A DNA stretch of 50,657 bases, from NCBI RefSeq assembly GCF_001194135.2, contig NC_069000.1, positions 36,589,668 through 36,640,324 on the forward strand. The letters run 5' to 3'. The notes under the pieces were generated by a model. That model was not told where the DNA came from. It ran no database searches and saw only the letters and a program-made list of their open reading frames with translations. The stretch comes from Octopus bimaculoides (lineage: Eukaryota). Shown in pieces: positions 11,215 through 22,990 of this stretch; within the stretch, counting starts at the first letter, position 1; each line of letters starts with the position of its first letter. The position numbers and the translations under genes are program-made.

Positions 11215-13250
11215 TTTATTTTACTGGTTTACTGACTAGCTACCCCTAGGCATCTGGCTGTGATCCTAGTACACCTCTTGCACACCCATAGATACTACTA
11301 CACCATATGAAATTTCTACTTAGCCATTTCCTGTATATCAATAATTAGCCATTTCCTTGAAGGCAGTAGAGTCCTGTCTTCTCTCCTTACTCACTAAAAC
11401 TTTAATCTTCTCTAAGTTTACTTGGAAGCCTCTTGATTCTAGGTTTTATTTCCACATCTGGAATTTCTCTAAATCTTCCACTGATTCTTCTATGAGTACT
11501 AGTACATTTGTATATACAGTGCTGGCGCCATGTTAAAAGCACCCAGTACACTCTGTGGAGTGGTCGGTGTTAGGAAAATCATCCAGCTATAGAAACCATA
11601 CCAGAACAGGCAATGGAGCCTAGTGTGAGCCTTGGCCTTACCAGCTCTGTTCAAATTGTTCAGCCCATGCCAGTATGGAGAACAGACATTAAACGATGAT
11701 GAGTTCCCATGGACAGCTGGTTTTGAACTTCTCTATTGTGGCTAAGAAAATGCTGAGAGCCAAGTTTTAAGGAACATCTTCCTGTATCTTCACGGATTCC
11801 ATTACCAACTCTCACTTAACTAACTGCTTCTCTATGAATGGTATTCATTGCTCTGACAAGCCTTTCATCTACATTTGATTTTCTTGAAGACCACTAGATT
11901 ACAGTTTGTGGTATCCCATGAAAGTGCTAGATAGAGAAGTTTACTCTTAGCATTAGTAATACTTCAACCTGGTATAAATCTAAACAACATCTTATCTGAT
12001 TCAAGCTGATTACATTCCTAATTAGTTGCATTAAAATAATTACACTATTGCACAGCTATTGGGGTACCTTCCTGTATAACTGTTTAACCAGCTTGAGCCC
12101 CACTTCACCAGATATTTTATCTCAGACTGCATTTCATACTGACAACTTTATGCTCACTGTGGTCTCTCACCTCTTGAGGGAACTCCTCTGACGAGGAGAC
12201 TAGTGGTTTGATCACTTGTTGTGGTGCCCTCATGACAAACTCTTCTGGAAGGTGATAGCACCAGATCCTCCTTTGGGTTGGCATAGGTGGAGAGGCGGTC
12301 AATTGAAGACACAGGCTCATGACAGTCAAAGCCGATACGGAGCTCATTTCTGGCCCTCAAGTCTTTGGCATTCATCACTGGAACCTAGAACAGCTTCAAC
12401 ATGCTGCAGAATCGGCTGCCAACGGACATGCCTGAACCGCCTTGACTCATGACATAGTGAACTCAATTGGAGCTGGTTTAATCCCTCCTGGGTGAATGCT
12501 GTTGCAAGACAAGAAGCCAAGATATTTTAGCATCTCATTGACTATCCCTGCTAGATCTGCTGTTTTCTCTGTTGTCATGTTCTTAGTGACCATTTTGTTC
12601 ATATTATTGTTCACTTCACTAACTGGTCCTTCTGTGCAGTATTGTTGGGATAGTTCCTTTTCCTTCCATGCATTTCAACATGTACCAACTTGTAGTAACA
12701 TTTCCAAGCCTCATGTCAATAGTGAGGGTAAGTGCACCACTGTCTTTTGAACATACTTTTCCCCCAACAGTGTCTTGATTAATTCTGACATACTACTTTG
12801 CAATCTGGGACACCTCAAACATCTGATCCTCTCCACAAAGAAAATTGGCAAACTACCAGCTTTCAGCTTCTCTCTATGTTGTGTAAACTTGTTGTTTACT
12901 TACTGTTCTTTGCTGTTCTTTTTCTTCCAGTCTTTCTAGGCTTGTCTTTTAGGATTTGTATTCTATCTACAATAATATTGTGCTACCATGTCACTTTTTA
13001 TCTGGTTTAAACATTGCTCCAGCCATGAAACTGGTCTTAGCTTTCAGCAAGTAGTCTTGTAGAAACTACATGTCCTTTATGTTATAGGTTTCTTACCTAT
13101 TCCTACACCTTGTCATATGAGAACCTTTCCAAAATTATGTTTAACAGAAAGACGATTCCTTTTCCATACTTTCCTTTGCCACTGTCTTTTGTACTTTGTT
13201 CATTTAGGACTTATTCTGAGGTTACTAATCGTTCATTATGTTGAATTGTA
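11215..13250 (-). mobile_element. Decayed RTE (BovB-like) LINE, interrupted by a family A SINE (11515-11703) and a 400-bp insert (12120-12519)
   Basis: Minus-strand motifs: GIVNEMLK|ISGEVG across the insert, DERLVRA, FKTSCPWEL, and LVLIEES...LESRGFQVNLEKIKVLVS. Confidence 0.75.
12120..12519. mobile_element. Unclassified 400-bp GC-richer insertion flanked by a 10-bp TSD (AGATATTTTA)
   Basis: Direct repeats at 12110-12119 and 12520-12529; removing the insert restores the RTE motif EMLKISGEVG. Confidence 0.7.
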
Positions 13251-13326
13251 TTGGGTTGGAAAGAAATTCCTGTCATATTTCAAGATGATATAGAAACGAA
13301 TGCTTCTTTGGTCTTCATTGACATAT

Positions 13327-13553
13327 TTAACCCTTCAACATTCAGATTTCTCCGTCAAATGTAATGCTTATTTATTCACATTGATAAAAATTAGCCATGT
13401 GTTACCTTGTAGCTTTGAGAATTCATTGGTGTGATTGTTTAATTTTGGAATAATATTGCAGGGTAAGTGTGAAAGACCAGATTTGGCCTGTTTGAACATG
13501 AAACGGGTAGAATATTTTAGCCAGTTTAAATGCTAGAGAGTTAATCAAGATAT
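13327..13553. mobile_element. piggyBac-type MITE (TTAA-CCCTTTAGCATT...AATGCTAAAGGG-TTAA family)
   Basis: Degenerate TIRs with TTAA ends. Copies at about 21700-21897, 25060-25580 (split), 30410-30625 and 49410-49576. Confidence 0.7.
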
Positions 13554-13941
13554 TTCCTCTCATTATCTCTAACATAATCTCATCTATTTAGCAAACTGTT
13601 ATTCCTTTGGGTATGAAATTCTTCAGGTTTCAAAACAAAGAAACACCCAATATCATTTCTAGTCTCTTCACATTAATAAACTGTTTTCCTTCTAATGTTG
13701 CAATGATTTGAAAAGATGATTGTCAGATAGAACAAAGTCAGGATAGTTCAAGGAGGATGAAGCAAAACATCCATATTTTGTGCAATGTTTTCCAACTGAT
13801 GACACAACTCTGCATTAACCATTTCTTTTTAGTTTAACACTTCTTGACAGATGACACCCTTCATATCCCACTAAACACAGGGCATAACCTTTTTGGGTTG
13901 TAGTCCTGATTTGGGAATGGAATCTCCTTTCTCATTGGGTG

Positions 13942-13975
<34 letters not shown>

Positions 13976-14259
13976 NNNNNNNNNNNNNNNNNNNNNNNNN
14001 NNNNNNNNNNNNNNNNNNNNNNNNNNNNNNNNNNNNNNNNNNNNNNNNNNNNNNNNNNNNNNNNNNNNNNNNNNNNNNNNNNNNNNNNNNNNNNNNNNNN
14101 NNNNNNNNNNNNNNNNNNNNNNNNNNNNNNNNNNNNNNNNNNNNNNNNNNNNNNNNNNNNNNNNNNNNNNNNNNNNNNNNNNNNNNNNNNNNNNNNNNNN
14201 NNNNNNNNNNNNNNNNNNNNNNNNNNNNNNNNNNNNNNNNNNNNNNNNNNNNNNNNNNN
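13976..14259. other. Assembly gap; further gaps at 17837-18184, 19584-19784, 20598-21328, 32164-32884 and 48440-49040
   Basis: Runs of N, several flanked by (TA)n. Confidence 1.
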
Positions 14260-15799
14260 TATATATATATATATGAGTACCTCAGTCATGACTCCATGTG
14301 GAATCCAGAATAACAAAATGTACAAGGAGATAGGTGTTTTTATGAAACATACATTAAATTATTTCTCAGACAGTGATTATTTAAAAGGCACTTGTATCGA
14401 TCTCTATACTTGCACATACTGTTAGATTTATTATCTGAAGAGTATTAGTATTATTGTTATTGCTAGGAGGTGACCCCCAAAGTACTAATATCATTTATAT
14501 TAGATATATATTATTTACAGAGAAACTAGTGTTGTATCAACTACATGAATAATTAAATATCATTTTTGCTACTTCATTTCTTATTGTTAATAGCTGCTAT
14601 ATTATCAGCTAAATTGTGTGTGTTTCTGACTTCTTGGCATCCTGTGATAGTCGTAAATGGGTGTCACTATCATACAAGCAGTGTCATTCATCTCTTATCT
14701 TCAAATCTTCTGTAAAAACATTTTGGCATCAACTTTAGATTACATAATTATATACATTCCTTTAATAATAAAAGGAAAGCTCTTAGCACTTCTCTGGCTA
14801 GATCTATCAGGGATCTGAAAGAGAGCACGTGTTGTATACTTGGTTCCATAGTCAGTTATACATACTGCACTTTCATACAAAATGAGGATGGGCACTTGTA
14901 ATCTGTGTTTGGTGCAAGCACAAGAAATTCTCTGTCGTAAATTTAATCTAATTAATAAGCATAATGAATTATTGATCTATTGTTTCTACTGTTCTTGAAA
15001 ATTCCATTTCGCAAACTTGCATTACTTCAGCTTTATCATAAGTATTTCTATATACAATGTCTGCTACATCATAATATATCCTGCTTAAATTATTTTCTCT
15101 ATAACTAAAAATTTATTACAGAGATGTACTTGCATAGCACGTGACATGATCTGAGATCGTGTGCTGAAACAAAAACAATTGCAGCATGGAAGGTGTTTAT
15201 AAGCCATTTAAAAACACAAAAACCGTTAGATTCCCTTCAACATTTAAATTTAATTTATCAAAATATTTTCGCTGCTTTGAGACTGCAACCTGTTCACTGA
15301 CAAAATTCCGTGCTGCATCCGCAGTAAATTAGTAAATTTATTTAGTTTCAGTTGGAAATGATCTAATATTGAACTATAATTCTTATGGCCTTATTTTGTA
15401 TCTTTATTCTACTTACTTGTCCTCATCCTCTCAAGTCTGATCTTTATCTTTTTTTTCTCTTTATGTTTCTCTTCTTCCTATTAACAACACTTCTAGGAAT
15501 TAAGTATTTAGTAGTAAACTGCTGTCTTTTTGTCCCTTGGTCTTCTTGCTACCCCACTAGTGTATATGTATTCAATAAATCTTACAGTTCCTTGGCCTGT
15601 CAATGTCGGTCACCCTAGCCATTTACAATAGATTAAATGAATGGGAACTAATTAGACACTTTGTCTTCATAATTCCACTGTTTAAGTGTTTCTCTGTTAG
15701 TGGTGACAACTTGCTGTTTAATTCATTACTCTGATCATTTAAGTCCCCACCTTTCTGGTGATATATATCTAACCAAATTCAGCTATGTACACTAGTAAT

Positions 15800-16070
15800 T
15801 ACCCTTACAGCTTATCTGGAGAAATGATTGGTGAAACTATCAAACACTTTCTCCAACTCCATGATTATAAAAAAAGCAAACAGGAACACCAGTTTGTTAT
15901 TAGCCAAGTACTTCTGCAGATGCCTCACCCAGAATATTGCATCTGTGGTGCCTTTCCCAGGCATGAAACCAATTTGCATCTCATCTAGATCTACTCTCTC
16001 ACAAATCATTTGTGCTATGAGTCTCTGCATGACCTTCATAACCTGATCCAGTTGTTTGTTTCCTCCATAG
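15800..16070 (-). mobile_element. RTE LINE reverse-transcriptase fragment
   Basis: ORF 15812-16039: LDEMQIGFMPGKGTTDAIFWVRHLQKYLA...ELEKVFD. Confidence 0.85.
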
Positions 16071-17122
16071 TTGATTCTCTTTAAGGCATTACCTTTTCTT
16101 TTGTAGCAGTTTAAAATTATACTTCTATGTCAATCATTAGATATCTCACACATACACACGTTCATTTTTATGTATGCGTGAGTGGATGGATGGATATTCA
16201 TATGTATAAATTCAAAATGGTTAATCTTACTTTATTGGGTAAAGGTGCATCCTTCTTTCCCATTTCTGTGTATATCTTTCTCTGATCTCTCAATCAAATC
16301 ACTCTCAATGGTTTTTTGTTTTTTTGCCTCTTCTCCTATTGATTACTAAAATCCAAAATGTGATTCATGCTCTAGTAAACCAAGACCATATGTAATCTTG
16401 AATTTTTTAATATACTTGTTTTGTAAAAAAAAAGACCTTCTGCTATAGCACTTGCCCTTTCCTAATGCCTTCAAATAGCATATAAACTCTATGGTTCATC
16501 AGAACAACACATCAGCTTAATTACCTCTGTTTTACTATCCTCTTTTCCATGCTGGCATGGATTGGATGGAGTTTATTGGGGCAGATTTTTCTACTGCTGG
16601 ATGCCCTTCATGTTGTAAACCCTTGCCTGTTCGCAAGCAAGGTAATAATTCACCGTGGCCAGACATATTCTTGCGGAAGATTGGAAATGAATGACACTGC
16701 TTGTATGTAAGTGACTCTTATTTACAACTACCACAAGATGTCAAGACAAGGGGACACAAACACACACACACACACACCTAAATTGAAGGAGTGGAAAAGG
16801 TAAAATCCAGGCTACATATTTTTTTTCGCTAGGTGATCCTTTGATGTAATAATCACTCAATGAGGGATGCTCAACTTAGCTAATCATCAGGCTGAAAATA
16901 CCTTAATTAAATGAAGGTTACATTGTTGCTTGGAATTTCCAGGTTAACTCACTGCATTGTTCCTTATTGTACACTGTCCACTTTTTGTTCTTCTGTAAGC
17001 TTCAAGCAGTCCTGCCATGGACTGCTTGAAGCTTACAGATTTCCTGCACTTGGATCCCTGGATTTACCCTTGTGTTTATGTGTGGGTATATGTGGGTGTA
17101 AGTCTGTATATGTTCTTATGTA

Positions 17123-18535
17123 CAGGGGTTAGACAAAATAATGGAAACACCTTAAAATTTCAAACAAATTAATTTTAATATGGGGCAGGACCACTTTTGG
17201 CAGTAATTACAGCTTGAATTCTACGAGGTATGGACTTGTGCAAAGTTTGAATTGTTTCCAAAGGAATTTTCATCCATTCTTCAGCTAAAACAGTCTCCAG
17301 TTCTTGTAGTGATGATGATAAAGGATATTGACTCCTTACTTGTTTTTCAAAAAGGCACCATAAATGTTCAATAATATTGAGATCTGGGGACTGTGGTGGC
17401 CAGATAAGATGTTCAACTTCATTAGAATGTTCCTCATGCCGTTCAGTAACAGCTTTAGCTGTGTAAATTAGGGCATTATCATCCTGAAAGATTGCGTTTC
17501 CCTCTGGAGACAGTTCCGCAACCATAGGATGAATTTGATCAGATAAAATGCTTAAATAGTCTGGACTATTAATTCTACCATGAAGGGAAACCATTGGGCC
17601 AGCAGATTTCCAAGATATAGCCCCCTAGATCATCACAGATCCTCTTCCATGTTTAACATTTGGAAGAAGGCAGTCTGGGTCAAATGCTTCTTTTGGCTGT
17701 TTCCACACGTATACTCAGCCAGTGGTCAGAAATAAGGTAAAAGATGACTTGTCCGAGAAAATAACATTCTTCCACTGCTCTATGGACCAAATCTGTAGGT
17801 TTTTACTCCACTCTAAACGCTTTGTAATGTTTGTTTNNNNNNNNNNNNNNNNNNNNNNNNNNNNNNNNNNNNNNNNNNNNNNNNNNNNNNNNNNNNNNNN
17901 NNNNNNNNNNNNNNNNNNNNNNNNNNNNNNNNNNNNNNNNNNNNNNNNNNNNNNNNNNNNNNNNNNNNNNNNNNNNNNNNNNNNNNNNNNNNNNNNNNNN
18001 NNNNNNNNNNNNNNNNNNNNNNNNNNNNNNNNNNNNNNNNNNNNNNNNNNNNNNNNNNNNNNNNNNNNNNNNNNNNNNNNNNNNNNNNNNNNNNNNNNNN
18101 NNNNNNNNNNNNNNNNNNNNNNNNNNNNNNNNNNNNNNNNNNNNNNNNNNNNNNNNNNNNNNNNNNNNNNNNNNNNNNNNNNNNCCGGAGTTTTGTTTCG
18201 ACAAGGAGGTTTTTCCCTCTTTCTCAAAGGCTGTCATTACTTTCAAGACAATACTTCTTGATACACCAAACATTTCGACTGTTTTCGTTACTCTAGCGCC
18301 TGCCATATGAGCACCAACAATTTGACCTCTTTGAAAGTCTGATAGCTCTGTCATTTTAATAAATTTTGAATACCTTTTTCTGATGATATCTGAAAAGAAA
18401 CAGAAATTTTAGCAAAACGTATTAAGCAACACTAATAATAAATCAAAAAACATAAAACTAAACAAGCTTTTGACAGTTTTATAGATATTTCAAAATTATG
18501 ATGCTAGATGTTTTCATTATTTTGTCTAACCCCTG
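17123..18535 (-). mobile_element. Tc1/mariner DNA transposon with DD36E (Incomer-like) spacing, both TIRs present, inactive
   Basis: 26-bp TIRs CAGGGGTTAGACAAAATAATG(G/A)AAAC with 1 mismatch; TA TSD at 17121-17122 and 18536-18537; N-gap inside the ORF. Confidence 0.9.
17175..18354 (-). pseudogene. Tc1-family transposase pseudogene (MTELSDFQRGQIVGA...FSDKS...FQDDNA...WPPQSPDLNIIE...GPAPY)
   Basis: In-frame stops TGA 17715-17717 and TAG 17625-17627; 36 residues between the second catalytic D and E. Confidence 0.9.
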
Positions 18536-19268
18536 TATGTGTATATGTGTATGCTTGTAATCAAACACTCTCTATTTAAGCAAAAAATAAACTCTAAATT
18601 CACAGTTTGAAGACCACTTTCAAGTGAGAAACTTCGATCAGAGATCACCTTTTGTAAACATCAAATTATTAAAGTGGAAAAATTATCAGAAAAGCAACTA
18701 GAACTTTTAGTTGAAAAAAATTATTTTTTTATCTTTTACTTGTTTCAGTTAGTGGACTGTGGCCATACTGGTACACCATTTTGAGGGGTTTTCATTGAAC
18801 AGATTGACCCCACTACTTGCGTTTTATTTCCAAGTCTGGTACTCATTCTATGTGTCTATTTGGCCGAATCACTAAATTAGAAGGAATATAAACAAACCAA
18901 CATCAGTTGTTGAGCAGTGTGGGGTTGGGTGGTGGCAGACAGAAGCATAAAGACTTACACGCGTGCACACACACACTGACTTACACATACATAAATATAC
19001 ATTCATCTTTTTTCATTCTGAGTAAGTTAAGAAATGGGGATGTGTGATAATATTGTAAATATAATTATAAGTTTCCACCATATTTGAACTGCAGAATTGT
19101 CTAATATTAGGGGGTAAAAATGGGCATTAATACTCTCTAGAGTTGATTCCCACACATATTAATGCAGTCTTTTTTTTTTCCATCAGGGCTTTATTGGACT
19201 AATTTTAGACTATTTTCTGTTGCCAGTATATGCTGAAATCACATAATTATATTTACAATATATATGTA

Positions 19269-19299
<31 letters not shown>

Positions 19300-19346
19300 A
19301 TAAACAATAAATTAATATACTTATATATATATTTACTTTAATATAC

Positions 19347-19516
19347 AATTTATTTAAAGGACATAATAAATGTCTTAAGCACTACTAATAGTTTCATATG
19401 TTGAGAAATATATCAAACACATATGGTTTGTGCCTGATGAATATGTTTGAGATATTTCTCAACATATGAAACTAATAGTACCACATAAGACATTTATTGT
19501 GTCCTTTAAATAAATT
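19347..19516. mobile_element. Palindromic MITE with TTAA-AGG...CCT-TTAA ends (Kolobok-like)
   Basis: Inverted arms of about 75 bp (TTTAAAGGACA...TTTCATATGTTGAGAAATAT / ATATTTCTCAACATATGAAA...TGTCCTTTAAA) around a short loop. Confidence 0.7.
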
Positions 19517-19803
19517 ATATTCATCTCTCACTAGATGGAGTACTTTTTTTGTTGAATTTTCTATCATGGAATAATACATTATANNNNNNNNNNNNNNNNN
19601 NNNNNNNNNNNNNNNNNNNNNNNNNNNNNNNNNNNNNNNNNNNNNNNNNNNNNNNNNNNNNNNNNNNNNNNNNNNNNNNNNNNNNNNNNNNNNNNNNNNN
19701 NNNNNNNNNNNNNNNNNNNNNNNNNNNNNNNNNNNNNNNNNNNNNNNNNNNNNNNNNNNNNNNNNNNNNNNNNNNNNNNNNNNNTATATATATATATATA
19801 TAT

Positions 19804-20322
19804 ATCAAAATAAGCAACAGGATATCAAGAGGTGATGCAGCACAACCGTTTCAAGCAGCTTCATTTAATTGAACAATACAATCATTACATCAATTTAAAT
19901 GCAGGGCTATCCTCAGCTGCATAAATAAATAAATAGAATTTTTTAATCAGTTGGACACGTTAATATAATTTTACACAAATGCTCAAGTAGAGCAAAATTA
20001 GGGAAAGAGTCCATGTTACAACTAATGTAGCTAAGAATATACTACACTTCTAAGAACTGTATGAAGTTTTTGGGGGTCATAGCTTGTAAAGGGTTGTGGT
20101 TCATTTTTAATTTGTTAGTCTTATTATCAAATCCACTACCAAATCCATTAACAAATTTCATACAGTTTTTAGAAGTGTAGTATTATTCTTAGCTACATGA
20201 GTTGTAACCTGGACTCTTTCCCTAATCTTGCTCTACTACAATGATTGCATTGTTCAATTAAGCGGAGCTGCTTGAAACAGTTGTACTGCATCACCTCTTG
20301 ATATCCTGTTGCTTATTTTGAT
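19804..20322. repeat. Head-to-head inverted pair of a hammerhead-bearing unit (pLTR- or retrozyme-like)
   Basis: 19804-19885 pairs with 20241-20322 (82 bp, 6 transition mismatches), and 19986-20065 pairs with 20157-20237. The right copy lacks about 100 bp. Confidence 0.85.
19835..19922 (-). ncRNA. Type I hammerhead ribozyme (cleavage triplet mutated to GUG)
   Basis: Minus strand: ATGCAG-CTGAGGA-[extended stem II, (T)AGC...GCT(T)]-GAAAC-GGTT-GTG-CTGCAT. Stem I is a perfect 6 bp and the core is intact. The partial sister copy at 20274-20291 (+) has GTA. Confidence 0.75.
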
Positions 20323-20399
20323 TTTATTCACCTTACTTTGAGTTGTACAAATAATACTGCACTTATCTGGTGCTTCAACGTAAGTACCTAATTCAACTG

Positions 20400-20453
<54 letters not shown>

Positions 20454-21329
20454 ATTTTCCCAGAGGATGTAGCAACCGTTACCAATATAGCATAAGAACT
20501 TACCTTAGGAGATCATTAACTAGATTCCTTAAGGGTCGTTCTCACAGTTTATATTTATATTATAAGGTTTTTAACTTTTAAATTTTCATATTCAAAANNN
20601 NNNNNNNNNNNNNNNNNNNNNNNNNNNNNNNNNNNNNNNNNNNNNNNNNNNNNNNNNNNNNNNNNNNNNNNNNNNNNNNNNNNNNNNNNNNNNNNNNNNN
20701 NNNNNNNNNNNNNNNNNNNNNNNNNNNNNNNNNNNNNNNNNNNNNNNNNNNNNNNNNNNNNNNNNNNNNNNNNNNNNNNNNNNNNNNNNNNNNNNNNNNN
20801 NNNNNNNNNNNNNNNNNNNNNNNNNNNNNNNNNNNNNNNNNNNNNNNNNNNNNNNNNNNNNNNNNNNNNNNNNNNNNNNNNNNNNNNNNNNNNNNNNNNN
20901 NNNNNNNNNNNNNNNNNNNNNNNNNNNNNNNNNNNNNNNNNNNNNNNNNNNNNNNNNNNNNNNNNNNNNNNNNNNNNNNNNNNNNNNNNNNNNNNNNNNN
21001 NNNNNNNNNNNNNNNNNNNNNNNNNNNNNNNNNNNNNNNNNNNNNNNNNNNNNNNNNNNNNNNNNNNNNNNNNNNNNNNNNNNNNNNNNNNNNNNNNNNN
21101 NNNNNNNNNNNNNNNNNNNNNNNNNNNNNNNNNNNNNNNNNNNNNNNNNNNNNNNNNNNNNNNNNNNNNNNNNNNNNNNNNNNNNNNNNNNNNNNNNNNN
21201 NNNNNNNNNNNNNNNNNNNNNNNNNNNNNNNNNNNNNNNNNNNNNNNNNNNNNNNNNNNNNNNNNNNNNNNNNNNNNNNNNNNNNNNNNNNNNNNNNNNN
21301 NNNNNNNNNNNNNNNNNNNNNNNNNNNNA

Positions 21330-21640
21330 TGCTGGAGCATTGCCCTAAAGGGTTTTAGTCTAGCAAATCGACCCCAGGACTAATTCTTTGAAAGCCTAGT
21401 ACTTATTCTATCAGTCTCTTTTGCTGAACCGCTAAGTTACGGGGACATAAACACACCACCATCGGTTGTCAAGCGATGCTGGGGGGACAAACACAGACAC
21501 AAACATATACATACATATATATATGACGGGCTTCTTTCAGTTTCCGTCTACCAAATCCACTCACAAGGCTTTGGTCGGCCCGAGGCTATAGTAGAAGACA
21601 CTTGCCCAAGGTGCCATGCAGTGAGAATGAACCTAGAACT
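21330..21640 (-). mobile_element. tRNA-derived SINE family B; other minus copies at about 18730-18990, 23675-24030, 27590-27990 and 50260-50470
   Basis: Reverse complement of the 39145-39565 element, including its internal (TA/TG)n microsatellite. Confidence 0.8.
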
Positions 21641-22543
21641 CCTGTGCCTATGTTAACTGTTTAAGTATATAGACTAATCAATAGGTTCAGCTTCAAAATT
21701 AACCCTTTAGCATTTAAACCAGCCATATCAGGCCAAAACTGGCTGGATTTGGCCCCCCACACCTACCTCGCAATATCATTCTAAAAATTAACTGCTACCT
21801 CATCAAGATCTCAGAGCTGTGACATAATGCATGGTTAATTCAAAACAGTGTGAATAAGCAATATATTTGATAGAATAACCTGAATGCTAAATGGTTGATC
21901 TTATGAAATGAGACCCAATATGCCCCCTTACCCTTTATTTTATTTACAAGTCCAAGTGGATGCTTCCTCACTACTTGAATATAGTCGCCCACCACCACCG
22001 CCACCACCAAATTGTTTGTATCAATATATATATATAAGTGAATTTATCCCAGCTTCCTAGTATTAATTTATTCATTCTGTCATGAAGAAATGACTATAGG
22101 TTATATTCAATATGATTTGATATTACATAATCATTGTTTATATTCATGTTTTTCATCTTGTTAATTGATTATCCGATCCATATGTTGAAGAAACAGTTGT
22201 AACCAAAGACTAAAGGTGACACTAGTAACTTCTTTTTTTTTTTCCTTTTTTTTTCCTTGTTATACATATGTATATTTTATTTTATTTTTTTGTATTTTAT
22301 TGGTTTCAACCAGAGGCTGTGGCCATGCTGGGACTTCATCATTAGTGTGATTGCATGTTTACTTCAAATTTACTTCCCAGCTCTCTCTCTCTGGAATTGG
22401 TTCTGGTAAAATTGTGAGATAGACAAAGCTGTTCCTCTTTGCGTTTCTTGCTGCAGTGTGGGATCAGTTGTTATTTCAGATAAAAAAAATTGTCTAAACA
22501 TTCTTAGAACACTTCCACATCTACATCCCATAGATCTCTCTCT

Positions 22544-22582
<39 letters not shown>

Positions 22583-22584
22583 AG

Positions 22585-22990
22585 GACCTTTGAACTCTAA
22601 GCTGTTTCAGTATTATGTCCTTACTCTAGGTTCTAGGTAGAAAGTGTTAAACCCTCCAGGGTCTTCCATGAATATCTTACTGCATATCCTTCACATCTTT
22701 GCTCTAGGTCTTAGAGCCTCAACTCCTTTATCTTCTCCCTGTAGCTCATCTGTTTCACTAATGCAGTCTTCTCAGTGTAGTAGTAGTGTTGGATTAACAA
22801 GGTTTCTGTTTTTTCATTGTTCTGAATGATCTCAGAATCCAAGCAACCATTTGCCAGCACCTTGTTGCCTTCTTCATATTATGCATATAGAATGACACAT
22901 CATCACTCATGTAGATTCCAAGGTAATGCACCAACTGTGACTCCAGGATTGCAATACCCACTGGTTTTGTATATTCTGATTGCAATCTGT
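22585..22990 (-). mobile_element. CR1/Jockey-like LINE 3' RT-tail fragment
   Basis: Minus translation YLGIYMSDDVSF...MVAWILRSFRT and SYREKIKELRL*DLEQR...WKTLEG resembles CR1-group C-terminal motifs. Confidence 0.65.
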
